64,000 nt of DNA from Octopus sinensis (GCF_006345805.1 NC_043002.1:27094001-27158000), one strand, 5' to 3'. Shown: positions 26,707 to 40,767, counted from the stretch's first letter. Program-made: numbers and translations. Notes: a model not told the origin generated them from the sequence alone.

Positions 26707-26943
26707 TAACGATTAAATAATTAAATTTCGAAAAATTAGAAGAAAAGTTTTTTTAAAGGAATATTTCTGTAGTAGTGTTCAGATATAAGTGGCATTCTGC
26801 CTTTCTCTGACTCCCTTGTTTCAAGTGCAAACAAGGGAGTCAGGGAAAGGCAAAATGCCACTTATATCTGAACACTACTATAGAAATATTCCTTTAAAAA
26901 AACTTTTCTTCTAATTTTTCGAAATTTAATTATTTAATCGTTA

Positions 26944-26981
26944 CAGTTGAAAAGGTCTCAAAATGACCGAAACCGGTACTG
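26944..26981 (+). ncRNA. Minimal type I hammerhead motif with U3:A8 covariant core
   Basis: CAG-TTGAAAA-GGTC-TCAAAAT-GACC-GAA-ACCGGT-A-CTG. Stem I is 3 bp, stem II is 4 bp, stem III is the palindrome ACCGGT, and the triplet is GUA. Confidence 0.65.
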
Positions 26982-27030
26982 AAATGTTCACTATAAAATT
27001 ATTTTAGCATTTTCTATTTTTGACTTGTTT

Positions 27031-27126
<96 letters not shown>

Positions 27127-28364
27127 GTGTGTATTATGTATGTATGTATGTACACACGTTCTATACCGGCGATTCATTTCCTTTTGCGTGTGTCAAATAC
27201 ATGGTACCATAGAGTCACAAAATTAGTGACATATCGATATTTATCATATTTTCTCATCTCAGGCGAGTTGCCTCACCTGATTTGGCACATTCAGCGTCTT
27301 TTAACATTTAGGCTCATCTAAGGAGCTTTTCCATGACGCTAACCTCCATATACATATATATATATATATAGATTGAGAGAGAGAGATACATATATATATA
27401 TATGTATATACATATAGTTACTGTTATATATATCATTTTATTAGTATTAATTACCTATCACAAGTAAGATGTCTTCATTATACATAATTATTATAGGAGG
27501 GCATAGTTTATAACTTGTATTCGTATTACAACAATATTTTTTTGTTAATTATGAAATAATTAATAATATTTGGATGTATACTATTTATAGTCATTTAATT
27601 TTAAATTAATATTATTTTATCGTGAGCAATCCTTAAAATTTGTTTGTTTATATTACTTAATTTTTTCTTATTTACGGAGTTCTCCCCTGAATAATATATG
27701 AATAATAATCCTTATTTAAGTAACTTCAAATCCGGTTACTGCTAAAACAAACTAGTAATATGTTGATATCCATTATTATAGCCTAACTCTATATCTATGG
27801 GGAACTTTGGTTATATTGTTTACAGCGGTAAGTTTATCTTCATAATTATTATGGAATTCTCCTTACGAAAAATTAAGTAAACAAAGAAGAAAATTATTAG
27901 GTTTCTATTCTGATAAACAATAAGTATAGAACATTCCTATTAATTACTTTAAACAATAATTGTTATATCAATAACTTTCAATAAATAGAAGAGTTGTTAT
28001 GTATTAAAGATTTAATTGCCATTTATTTTTACACGTTTTATTCTAGTTCTTTCTAAAGGAAGAACTTGATACTTAAAGATATACGCATTTATTATTGTTG
28101 TATGTTATAACAACGAAAGATTCTCTTAGACATAAACGAGTTTGGATTAATATTATTTGAGATATATAGAAATATATTTTGAAAGCTGTAAATTACATTT
28201 ACTTAATTATTTTGCCCATCAAAATTTTGTGTTGTTTTTCTTTTTAATTGTAATTGATATGTACTTGAATAGTTAATGCTCTCGATCATAACACATAGGC
28301 ATTTGAATTAATTATTTACAATCCATCCACCCTTTCACACGGAATTTCGACTATTTTTAAACTC

Positions 28365-28445
28365 CGGATCTGATGAGACTTATATATAAGGGACATGTTT
28401 ATACATCAGAAAATGTATAGAAGTCGGAACCACTTGTTGGTCACT
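28365..28445 (+). ncRNA. Decayed hammerhead-like motif
   Basis: CTGATGA-GACTT...AAGTC-GGA-ACCA(CTTGT)TGGT-C. A13 is changed to G and stem I is poorly paired. Confidence 0.4.
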
Positions 28446-28994
28446 TGATGTTTTAATAATTGTTTATGTGATCTTATAGAAAGATAGATAGACAGACAGA
28501 CAGACAGATACATACATACATACATACTACATACATACATACATACATACATACATACATACATACATACATACATACATAAATACATATATACATATAT
28601 ATTCATGCTGGTTGGAAAGACCCCATAAGCTGGATTATCTTTTCTGTATTTATTCCTGCATATGTTTATCAAATGTATCTGTAATATACCAGTAGAGAGT
28701 TATTGCCAGTGTGCCATTCATAATAATCTATTGACACTGGTGGGATAGAATAGTTAATGACTGGTATATATAATATATTCAATATATTATATAGAATATT
28801 CTATATTCTAATTATATGAATATATAGAATATTCAATGACTGGTATGATATAAAAGTACAATATCACAATCAGAGTTCCACTCTATCCTTCAGTATATCC
28901 TGAAGGGTAAGATATATTCATTTTTTAATTATTTCCCCTAATACATATGTGTGTATAACTTTGTGTGTTTTTTATGCATTTATATATACACACG

Positions 28995-29029
<35 letters not shown>

Positions 29030-29349
29030 GGTCGCCCTTTTTCAAAATTAAGACAAAGTTCTTTTTTAATCTAAAATATACTCTCCTTCATTTTCTACAA
29101 TGCTCTTTCATCTGTCTGTCTGTTAGAATTGCAAGGCTCCTCTTCCAAAATTCACTTGCCCGTGACGAAAATCAATCTTCCAGTAGTGTTCTAACCTCGT
29201 CTACAGAATTCATACTTTTTCGTCCAAATGATTTAGAAGAATGCGGAATAAATTATAATCAGATAGGGCAAGGTCTGTCTAATATAGTGAGTAGCGCTTC
29301 GTTTTGGAATTTAATCCTCGCAGTATGTGCCCGAGAATTATCCTAATGA

Positions 29350-29790
29350 AAGAACACCTTTCGTCTTGAAACCAAAGATGGTTGTCTTTCTTTTAGCGTG
29401 ACTTGAATGAGTGGTTGAATAACGAAATTCAAGTTTCTCTGCTAGTTCCTCAACATTTATGATGGGATTTTGCTCCACCTGGATTTGCAGGACGTCTTTG
29501 ATGTGTTCTACAGATCTTCCAGGACGAAGATCTTCTTCTAGGCAGTAGTTTCGGGCTCGGATTTTCTAAAGCCACAGTTGAGACTCGCTAACGTTTATTG
29601 TCCGATCCCCTAATACTGCATTAATATTCTTCTTGCTTTCCGTTGCGTTGCTGTCTTTATTGAATTCATAAAGCCAAATATGCCAAATATACTCATTTGC
29701 CACTTCCATTATCGCTTTGAAAAAATAACGGTTAAAATTGAACTGCACTCTTCAAAAATTGTACTAAGAATAAGCCCACGGTAAAATTTC
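29350..29790 (-). mobile_element. Tc1/mariner transposase remnant (N-terminal HTH region)
   Basis: ORF 29566-29748 contains IWHIWLYEFNKDSNATESKKNINAVLGDRTINVSESQLW, resembling the mariner LYEF..G.NATEA.RNIN.V.G N-terminus. Confidence 0.65.
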
Positions 29791-30254
29791 TACTTGCTTT
29801 TATAGCAAATTGATGCAGATAGTTTATCCGTTCCCATCTGAATTTTATTTCATGCAATTGGTGAAACTGTCTAATTTATGGGATGACCCAATATATCCCA
29901 ATAAATATGCTACTGATATGAGAATGGTAGCAGCTTAACGTGGTTCTCAAAGAGATTCAGTGTGACATACAGTGTGATATGTCTGGCCCGTTGAAATGCA
30001 TGTAACACTCATTTTTGCCATCTGAGTAGACAACGCAAAATAGTGTTTGATTTAAAGAAAAAAAATGTACCGCCAGAAAGGGAACTCACGATCTTACGAT
30101 CATGAACCAAATATCCTACCTATGTGCCTTCACAATATATGCAGATATGCATACACAGGCACAGACAAGCACACGTAATCACGCACACGAAAACACACAC
30201 ACGCGCAGATAAACAGACAGATAGCTACATAGCTAACTAGCTAGCTAGCTAGCT

Positions 30255-30289
30255 AGATAGATAGATAGAGAGACACAGATAGATAGACC

Positions 30290-30371
<82 letters not shown>

Positions 30372-30415
30372 GAGATAGATAGATAGATAAATAGATAGAT
30401 ACATAGATAGATAAT
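30255..30415. repeat. (GATA)n tetranucleotide microsatellite
   Basis: Direct reading. Confidence 0.95.
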
Positions 30416-33164
30416 CTAAGTAAGGAATGTTGCATTTCGGGAAGGGTAAGTTTGATTCTACCGATCTCAGTATTTAACTGGCGCTATATTTTATCAGAAG
30501 ATTGAAAACTCATTTCATATCAGGCTTATCCTCAATCACAACGTAACGGTTGGAGATTAAATACAACCAGTTCCGCGAAGACCGAAAGATAGACATGTGG
30601 GGGGGAGTTGTATGTATGTATGTGTGTATTTGAATGCTTTTTCACGTGCGTATGTATCTGTACCTGCGTCTTAGTGACCACGAAGTCGATAAATTGAACA
30701 GAGATTCATTGTGGTATTTAGTCCGGCGAATTATGTTTGCTAAGTACACTATTCAAACGGGGAGTATTATCAATACATTATACGCCAGACCATGCAATGG
30801 GAGTGATAAAATCGACTAGTAACAGTATAGTCGCATTCTGAATCTTAGCTAGTGACCTAATATCAGTATAATGATTGTTTGTTTTTACTTAGACGCAAGG
30901 ACATCGATTTTGATAGGGGTTTCGTCGCTTGCATCGACTATTGGAATTTTCAGGTACTTTCTTTGGTTTACAAAGAAATAATGAAAGGCAGTATTAACCG
31001 CAACGGAATTTGGACACAGAAAATAAAGAGCAACAAATGATTTTTTTCCGACGCTTCAATGATATTTGCCAGCTCGCTATCGTAATGACGCCAAATGTAT
31101 CTTTAAAATGTTTACAATAAAAAGAACAAGAATGTTATTGAAAATCTGGTGAATTTGTTTTTAATATTACTTCTAAATTCAATTAAAAATTAAATAAACC
31201 TACATCAAGCAGTTGATCGTACTTTCAAGCTTTGATCCAAAACTACTAGAGAAACAACTGTTATTACTAATAATCCTACTACTATTTCTGCTGCTATCAG
31301 GCCCAACAGATGTCATTGCATGATGGCGATGGTTAAAGATGTTGAATGGCCAATAAGACTGAGCAATTACTTTCCTTCTTGATTAAACGTTTACTGATTT
31401 TTTTCAAGTACTTCTTGCAAAGGAATATGATAGGAAAGAGGAAAGTAATGAATTCCCTCAAATTTGCTCAAAGTGGAAAGTATAAGCTAAGTCAATGTGC
31501 ATAACTATCAGTTTTAGGCCTCGTGCAAAATATTTGATGTTAAGGGCAGTTCAATATTTATGTGTGCTACCTTAATGTTAAAAACGTGGTTTCTCTTTCC
31601 TAGTTTGAGGACCGTTATTTTATCGTATTTGTTTTTAATATCGCTTTCTGCATTGATCGGGTCTACTTTCTAATGTCTTCTCAGCCATCACTCTTGTTTT
31701 CTTTTTTTTTGTAATATTTGTTTTGTGTTCTTTAACTGCTGAATTAAAATTATACTATGTTCAACTTTGCCATTCATCTGAATAATTTCGACCCAAAAGT
31801 TTAAACTGTGTGCCTTGTTTTCTGAAACAATTATTATTCAAGGCGGTAAGATGACAGAATATATAGACCGTTAGACAAAATAGCGGCATTTCTTCAAACT
31901 TTTTAGTCCTAAGCGCAAATCAAACCGCGCTCAACTTTATCTTTCATCTTTGAGATATATAGAGTATCAGTTAAGCACTTGGGTCGATGTAGTCGACTTC
32001 CCTTTCTCTTAAAATCGCTAGCTTTGCACCAAAATTTGAAACCATTATTATAATTTCTATACTAATATTTTTGCATACTTTCATAAAAGAATCAAGAAAA
32101 ACTTCATTAATTTTTTCCCTGTTTCGGTTGTACTTCAAGTGCTCTATATATTATGCTTTTGGGGTATAATATAGCAATTTCCATTATTACCTGTGCATAA
32201 ATCCTCTTGAGTATGCATGTTTTCTAATAACCTCAAACCATGATGTAGAGTTTCATTATTTCCATATTTTATATTTCGAAAATTTATTCAGAAATTATCA
32301 TCTGCTGAAGGTGTTACTTCGGTGATGAGACACTTGTTATTGACAACAATATCTGGTTAGTTGCCTTAACCTCCACTTCAAAGCGGATTAGCATGCTCCA
32401 GGTTATGACTGCTTCGTCATTTTCCGAAAGATTTCCTGATGCGCATTTAAACCACTGTTTTTTTTCTGTCAAATTTCGTAATACTGGTATAATTTCCAGT
32501 ATTTGGCTACATGTATTCTCTTTTGACAAAGTCTTAGTATTCAGAGGCGATGTCATTAATTGTCTCGTTCCAGCTTCCATCGATTTTGCTGCCAATTAAT
32601 CTGTTCTATTTCATTATATTATTGTTGTAGTTTCTTTTGAAAGAATTTAGAATTTTGTATTCCATTCACCTTCCTGCTCATCATTAATTGGTTCTCCAAA
32701 TTCGCTATTGTTTTGAACGGATTCTCTAAAATATAGGGCGTTTGTGTATTGTAGTTATATGCATTAATTTTTCATTATTCCTTTACTGGATATTTCATAA
32801 TATTTTTCTAGCAATGAAGGCCCCACTTCTCTGACATCAGAACAAATATAAACTTACGTCGTCGTATTTCTGATAGTGTATTCTACACGCAGTTATATTT
32901 CCGTTTCTTTCACTCTAATCTTGCTTACTCACTCTAGCTGCTTATGTATTAATGTATTGCAACTATAATATTCTTTTCTAAGCTTTACTTATTTTCGCAA
33001 GTCATATTCTATGTACTCTCCTTCTTATGCATTTGTAAGTCTGCGCTTGATCTAATTCCGTTATGTATCTTTACTTTTTCATCTAACGTTCTATTGGAAT
33101 TCATTTTTTTCTTTCTCCAATGTTTTTCTAGTGCCGTAATGATTTCTCTTTTAAATTCGCGTAA

Positions 33165-33324
33165 GTTTAGCAGTTCCTGATTTCTTCTCACATGAATCTA
33201 TTAACTTCCGGTCGTCTATATCCATATGTAGATTCTTCTTTTACGGTAGTTATATCTAATTTCAGTTTCATTTAAAGTGTTTAAATACTACACCATGCAG
33301 AATAGGGGAAGGCAGAATAATATG

Positions 33325-33415
<91 letters not shown>

Positions 33416-33579
33416 CATACATATTATTCTGCCTTCCCCTATTCTGCATGGTGTAGTATTTAAACACTTTAAATGAAACTGAAATCAGATATAACTACCG
33501 TTAAAGAAGAATCTACATATGGATATAGACGACCGGAAGTTAATAGATTCATGTGAGAAGAAATCAGGAACTGCTAAAC
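33165..33579. repeat. Inverted repeat, about 166-bp arms around a (TA)n spacer
   Basis: 33165-33330 is the reverse complement of 33414-33579, with 2 mismatches counted by eye. Another (TA)n tract follows immediately. Confidence 0.95.
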
Positions 33580-33653
<74 letters not shown>

Positions 33654-33724
33654 TATACATATATATAAATATATATATATATAAATATATATACTACATA
33701 TATATATATATTATATATATATAT

Positions 33725-33756
<32 letters not shown>

Positions 33757-35499
33757 GTGTGTGTATAATGTGTGTATGCATTTATGTATGTATGTATGTA
33801 TGTATGTATAAAACCTCGCAGTGCCTCCCCTAACTGAGGTTAGTGCAGTTCTTTCTCCACGACCTCTGCACTTAGTGGACCGGTATTTGTTTATGTAAAA
33901 TATCAACGATTTAAACTTCTGCGACGGGTATTCGGAGACATCTATGACTGGTATGGTAGCAATAACAGTGAGGCCGTCTTGGTATTTCTTACAAAATGGT
34001 TAATGCCTAATCGAGAATATACCGCTATCCAAAAATTTTCCGGACAAATATGATAACGAATATATAAGAACTAACTGTGGCACGCCAGTAGTATGGTGCA
34101 ATACAACAGTGAGGCGGAGACTAACTCAACTATAAACAACCATAAAAGCAAAAGGGACCGCCCCACCAACTCAATGACAAGTTGCCCCGACCACAGCATT
34201 GGGGAAAGGAAACGCCATTGCCAAAGCTCTCAATGTGAAAGCTAGCAACAGCATTTCTTGTAGCAACAGTATTAGTAAGAGAGGTTGAAGCGAACTGGCT
34301 GCTGGAGATGGCTCGTTGGAAAACATAGCAAAGGCTCAGCATGATTATTAATAGAAAGATCAAGATAACAACTACGAGGTCGTGCCTATGAAGATGATGA
34401 AATGTACTAAGAAACAAGTGGTAAAATATTGCTACAAAGTCAATAACGTTCGGCACATAGAAGTAATATGGTACATTAAAAAGAAAGCAAAATACTTCCT
34501 TAGCAGCATGTTATACGGAACATTGGGTATAAGATTTTACATTAACAAGTGGTAAGGAATCATGTCAGTGCCTTGGGTAAGAATGGGGAGTCCATTCTCG
34601 TCTTCTCACAAATAGTCCGACTGGCTGGGGAAGATAAGCGTTTTGTATATGCTGTGAGAAATATTTGATTTCTATAGTATTAGTTGTGGCGACGAAAATA
34701 AGGCAATAATTTTGAAGGTATAAAGGCTAAAGCTCAAAAACAATCCTGACGTGATCGTGCTGTTAGACCTTACTCATTCATTTTCAGGTTGTAAGGGACA
34801 AGATCTTAGCGGCACATATAATATAAAGGCCTTCTGGCTGCAGCAGTAGCAGCAACAACAATAACAAGTATACTATATATACCAATATCAACAGCAAGAG
34901 ACGCAACAAGAGTATTGGCACCAATAACTGCAGCGACAACAACACTAACAAAACTAGGCATCAGAAAAATCAACGACTGAACGTGACATGACATATATAC
35001 ATGGGAAAACATACCTCTCTTCCTCTTAGCGATAATTGTCCAGACACAACGTCTCTCTAAATCGAGGAAAACATGTCGTAAAGAGATATTTATCGAAAAT
35101 ATTAGAGGCAGGGTAAGTCGCGACATAGTATTGGGAAGCAGAGAAAGTCATCAACTAGGCAGACATCTAACTCACGATTCCTACACCATCATATATATCA
35201 CCACCAGTAACACGTTAACGGGTAAACACAAGGACAACGAATAACAACATCAGTAACAACAGCAGCAAAATCAACAGCAATAATGGTTAAAGGCAAAAGA
35301 AACAGAAACCTTTGGTAAACTTAACTTGCGAATAGAAACAAAAGATTCATAGAGAGTGCACAGAGTGAATCAGTTTAGAAGTATATCTCCAGAATTCAGA
35401 CTCATATTATGCTGTTGGAAAAATTGAGAATGAATCTGTTTGCACCTAAAGAGAACATTCTTAGGTAATATGAGTATTTTCTATTGTAGAACGGACAAT

Positions 35500-36640
35500 A
35501 ACCTTTTGTAAGTGTCTTTCAAGGATTCCGTCTCAATGATAAGACTTGTACGCCTTTTGTTTCTTTTCCTTTCGCCCCACTGCTCTAAACGCACAAGACG
35601 TAGGTCGTATAATGCTTGTGAATTGGATTCAATTTCGAAGCAAGTTTACCTACCCCTGTGCTATCAAAGTGATTATCCTTTCTCGTTATCGCTGTAAACC
35701 AAAACGTGCACGATCGCGCGAAGTGCTATCTACGAGGAACTTTGTGAAATGTGGTACATTATTAAAGGCACTAGTCAATATAGATAAATTGGAAAGTTTC
35801 GAGAAGATGGACCATTGATACTCGGTAACCATCCTCCCTACTACTAGTCCAGGTCCCTTTCTTCAGAGTCTGTATAGTTTCAATATGAAGTAACATAAGC
35901 TTGCTGGTCAGATTAAAGATCGCCGGTTTTGAATCTCTATCATCAATGTTCTTTGTCGGATTTTCTGAATAAACTAACTATATTCCCACTGCCCTGAGAA
36001 CTGATGTTGATAGATATATCTTTCGGATAGTGACGCAGGATAACTTTCAGGATATGCAGACAACGTCAGTGGAGTTAAAGTCGGACAACAAGCTGAAGAT
36101 TGTCAGCACACTTCTAAAGAAATGCAAAGGTGTGACAAGAGCAAAGATTAACCCGGATAAACTCGACACATGCAGAACCGTGTTCCTATCGCCGGGCAGC
36201 GTCATAGGGAGGCGGTTAAGCTCCAACATAAAGTAATGATCAAAGTAGATCAGACCTAGGAATGTAATGACTGACTGTAGCTCTGAGAAGTCGGGCAGAG
36301 ATCTCGTCGTAAATTGCTGCCATCGCAGTCTCGGCTGAGCATCGTGCCTTACCTTAGATGGTTTTCTTTCACGGTCCATTCTAAAGTCACACATTTCATT
36401 GGTCAAGTAATCCATTTTCAGTCAACGCTTATTACGAAGAGTGCCCAGAATGCCGTGCTTGGTGGAGATCGGATATACGCTAAAACTACGGCATCTCTGG
36501 AAATTCTTGCACGGTGGGCGTGTGTCGTCGTCTTTGACCAGACTTTTTTCCACTGTTCGTTTTCTCTTCATTTTCTCTATTTTCCTTTTTAGCCAAGCTC
36601 TCACCGACAAATTTTAACTTCAACTTGCAAAAGAAACTAT
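35500..36640 (+). mobile_element. Decayed L1/Tx1-like RT fragment
   Basis: LVNIDKLESFEKMDH (a decayed LDxxKAFDRVDH), GYADNV at about 36050, and KGVTRAKINPDK, which resembles the Tx1 GAKINxxKS motif. Confidence 0.55.
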
Positions 36641-37782
36641 AGACAGAGACATGAATACAGCTGAAAGAAAGCATTTACTACTGACACACATGGTAATCCT
36701 AGGTTTGTGAGGATTCTTAATTCGTTGTACATGGCCTTCTCTGTGAGGACCCTATCGTCTATAAATCATGCATACAATTCATTTCTATAGCTTCTCACCT
36801 TTTTGTAAAAGGCTGCTGTAATGCTCTCTCATACATCGTCCGAACCGTAAAAGATCAACTTAGCCTTTATTCATGCGGGTTCGACGTAATATAGTACCCG
36901 TCAAATACTGGGGTAGATTAAGTCCACTTATTAATACATGATCTCCGAAATTTTGCCACCTTTAATGAAGAAACTAGTGATTAGTATGATGTTGCTTTAT
37001 TATTGTTGCTATTGTAGTTTAATCCAGCTCAGACCTCAACGTGGTCTACGATAACAAGTGATTCAATTTGGGCGATGCTGTTTTTTTTTTGTTCTTTAAC
37101 TATACCTATAATGTTTAATGCGTACAAATACTCCTTTTTAGAAGCGGTGTACTTTTAGGTACATTTGATTGCTATTTCAAAAGGCTCCAGTAACAGAGTA
37201 AAGGCTCCATAGTTGTTTTATGATGTTGATTGGAGTGGAGTGTTGATAAGAGTATTGATGATGATGACGACCATGACGACGATGATGATTATTACGGGGT
37301 GGATTTCAGAAGAACAATAGTGGTAGGAGGAACACATGGAAGTCTAAGGAGAAGAAAAATGTGGAGACCTCAACTATGTTTTCTATATCATTAAACATTC
37401 TCTAATCCAGTTAATTATATTCTTGTCAACTCCAATACGGTGCTAACACCGCAGTACTGCAAAATCAAGAGCTTGCATCCATGTCTCTTCATAGTTTTCT
37501 TTGACTGGTGTAACATATAACATAACGAACGAAGAGGTGAAGATGTGTACAGGAAATTGCATTTATTTTACTTTATTTTATATCAAGCAATTATAGATAC
37601 GTATTTAGCGCACTTGCGGAGACTTAATTATTCACTGCATTTCAGGTACGAAAAGTCTGCAACAGACGGACGGAATTTATACCACAACGTACATGTAATC
37701 GACACACCGATTTATATGCAAATTTAGAGGAATTTCATGCCGTGTATATGTGCGTTTGTGTATGTGTGTATGTGTATGTGTT

Positions 37783-37898
<116 letters not shown>

Positions 37899-38749
37899 TG
37901 TGATATATGAGGCGTTTGGAAGCATCTATCTATTCTACCCAAATTTCACTCACACATTACTGGTCATCCCGAGTGCTATATTTAGAAGAAACATGACCAA
38001 CCTATTGAATTGTGCGCCCGAACGGTGTGAAACTTGAGCATGTTAACCACATGTTTACGTTTGCATTGCTTTGCGTTATGCTTGCTATTAATAGGCATTG
38101 AGTACAATAATTTCTCTACGTGTTAAAATATGATTGACGTTTTCAAAAGCTCTTTATTGCCTTGCGATATTTACTTTATTTTCTGTTGATATATTTCATT
38201 TCGCCGATATGATCTTTTTATCTCTCCGAAGGTTTGATGACGTAGGAACCACATGAATAAATATAATTCGAATATTCACCCCACTCTCAAATATTCGTGG
38301 TCTTGGAACTATCTATCTTACAAAACATTACTAAACACAGAGGAGTTCGTCTTTTAATTTAGATATGACCATTAACTACAAAGACAATTTATTCCAAACA
38401 ATAATCATAAAAATGAAATTTCATAAAACGTTTATCTATTCTAAACACTTTTCGTTTTAAATATACGAATTTACGTCCCTGTCATATGACTTGATTAAAT
38501 CGGGATTCCATTCTAAATTAATTACATACAGAAGATTCGTCGTAGGCGAAAAGAAATAATAATATGAAGATATATCCGCCCTTCTTTTATTGATTGTATC
38601 GTTTATAGCGAAATATCGATCTGCGTCACCAGACCTCTACTACCTGATCATTGACAAATATGCAATAGAATTTGTATCCTTGTCCAGGTCGTAGAAGTAA
38701 AAAAAATATACTGTATAATACCAGCAGAAAATACAAGAAAAAGACAATT

Positions 38750-38782
<33 letters not shown>

Positions 38783-38827
38783 TAGGTATAAATATTTATA
38801 TGTGCATGTACATATAGGTATATATAT

Positions 38828-38861
<34 letters not shown>

Positions 38862-39233
38862 ATATATATATATATATATACACATGCATGTATAAATATG
38901 TATATGTGCATATACATATATGTATGTGTATGTATATATGTACATATGTACAAGTACATATATGTATACACGTATGTTAGTGCGTGTATGTGTGTATGTG
39001 TGCGTATGGGTGTGTGCGTGTGTGTATCTGTTTGTATGTGCTTGAAATGATGATCATGTTTATTTTCGACATAATCGTTCACAAATGGTACTGCAGTTTT
39101 TAAACCCCATATGGTTAAAATATGCTCTCATTATGAGGGAGGACATTGCTATATCATTCAATATTGCATGTTATATTTGTTTCGTATTTTTCTTTATTAG
39201 TGAGAATATATTTGTAATTTTGTACCTCACAAA

Positions 39234-39239
39234 TTTATT
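39234..39239 (-). terminator. Candidate AATAAA polyadenylation signal of the GPCR (a second one at 39193-39198)
   Basis: TTTATT on the plus strand about 185 nt downstream of the stop. The AT-rich background makes chance matches likely. Confidence 0.3.
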
Positions 39240-39423
39240 TTTCGTTTAAAGTCGACCGATATGCTGGTTTGTTGACCAGGAAACTGAAATGACTGAATGA
39301 CTGGCGTAAGAATGTCTACTGAAAGTGGACTAATCCTGTATTTGTCTACTTTAAGCTGCTTAACTTTTCATCAAATCATAACTGTGCTCTTCGTTATGAT
39401 ATAACTGCACCAGGAGAGTTAGA

Positions 39424-40578
39424 TCATACTTCTGAGTACCTAGTAGCCTGGGTTGACACCAGCTGCAATTGGCCGACATCTGTAGCAATGAAAGATCTGA
39501 AAAATATTCTGATGAATGTCTCTCTAAACTGTTTACTCATTGTGCAATACAATACGAAGTTGATGCCGTTGTTAATGAGTGTGAGAATATCAAGGGTATC
39601 TCCCAAATATATGTAGTAATTCTTGAAGAAAGAGTTAAAAGTTCCAATCAATATAAATATACCATGTGGGGTTTCTGTTATAAGGAACAGCACTACAACT
39701 GTCAGTAACATCTTGGTAGTTCGATTAGTTTTCCTTTCTCGACCGCTATCGTCATCTGTTCTGCCACTTCGACTTAACAGCCTCTTCCGTCTTATCTCGA
39801 CCTCTTGCATGGTTTTCACAAGTAATATACTCAAAATTGTCAAGAGTAAGCTTGGTAACAGCTTAAGGATAAATGCATGCACCCAAAAGTTCATCTTCTT
39901 GAGAATTCTCTCAGCTTCATTATTCTCCCTGAAATCAACATACCACATTGTTGAATTATGTCCTGCATTGCACTTGATTTCTAACGTTGCACTATTAGGA
40001 ACACATACTATAGTGGTAACTACGGTCACTAAAATTACTGCCAGTTTAGCTCTTGGTATACTGCACAAATAGGTACCTTTGCGTGGATACCTAATGAAAA
40101 TGTACCGGAACAGAGCCAATGTAACTGTCAACCAAATTGAAATGGAATGTACAACAACGCTACATACAGCGTAGGCAAATAAAAAGCGGGCATCACCAAT
40201 ACTGTCACGACTCTCCGGAGAATCTGGTCCATAGATGACATAATTGTTTAAAGCAAATGGGAAGTAGAGTGCCATTGTAAGTCCATCGCTAATGGCCAGT
40301 CCAGTCAGGATTATATTTGACGGAGAAATCATGTTTTTTCTTGTCAATACAATAATGTTGAGAATATTCGTGATGACTCCAAATATGCAAACGATGGAAG
40401 CTACGTAGCCATGAATGCCTGCGTACCAGTAGTGGTAAGCCATTAATAAATTATTTGTATCAAGAGGTAATTCATCTTCTGTTATGTTAGTGGCATTATC
40501 ATAGAAAAGGATCTGCGTTGAATTATCTTCACTAAACATGTCTGATGGATACATCGGAGAATGTGTTATGGCCGACAT
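39424..40578 (-). CDS. Class A (rhodopsin-like) neuropeptide GPCR, myosuppressin/sex-peptide-receptor-like, single coding exon, 384 aa from the first ATG
   Basis: Seven hydrophobic segments with the motifs IHGYVASIVCIFGVITNILNIIVLTRKNMISPSNIILTGLAISD, SIWLTVTLALFRY, KLLPSLLL, FLITETPHG and INNGINFVLYCTMSKQFR. The N-terminus has N-glycosylation sequons (NST, NAT, NIT). The ORF-track start at 40614 is a GTG; the first in-frame ATG is at 40578. Confidence 0.92.
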   Translation of the reverse strand: MSAITHSPMYPSDMFSEDNSTQILFYDNATNITEDELPLDTNNLLMAYHYWYAGIHGYVASIVCIFGVITNILNIIVLTRKNMISPSNIILTGLAISDGLTMALYFPFALNNYVIYGPDSPESRDSIGDARFLFAYAVCSVVVHSISIWLTVTLALFRYIFIRYPRKGTYLCSIPRAKLAVILVTVVTTIVCVPNSATLEIKCNAGHNSTMWYVDFRENNEAERILKKMNFWVHAFILKLLPSLLLTILSILLVKTMQEVEIRRKRLLSRSGRTDDDSGRERKTNRTTKMLLTVVVLFLITETPHGIFILIGTFNSFFKNYYIYLGDTLDILTLINNGINFVLYCTMSKQFRETFIRIFFRSFIATDVGQLQLVSTQATRYSEV

Positions 40579-40767
40579 AATTTCTTGATGGATGTTTTTT
40601 CTTAGAGTTATCACGCTTCTATCTCTTTCCTAATTTTCTTCGTGTCGCCAACAAAATTTTCTCTTTTCTTTTGGATATTTATATAAATACCAAGTTATTT
40701 TGCGATATATTTCCATGTGCAGAATGTCATATTGGCTGGAGGTTTTTACTTGCTTTCATCAAGATAA

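Larger units (their letters stand above)
26608..27042. repeat. Long hairpin, 214-bp arms with a 7-nt loop (CAAGTGC), flanked by (TA)n
   Basis: 26608-26821 is the reverse complement of 26829-27042, with 4 mismatches counted by eye. Confidence 0.95.

Noticed and set aside
32000-33160. Possible decayed LINE-like coding remnant on the minus strand
   Set aside because: Only short lysine-rich ORFs with no diagnostic RT or endonuclease motif.
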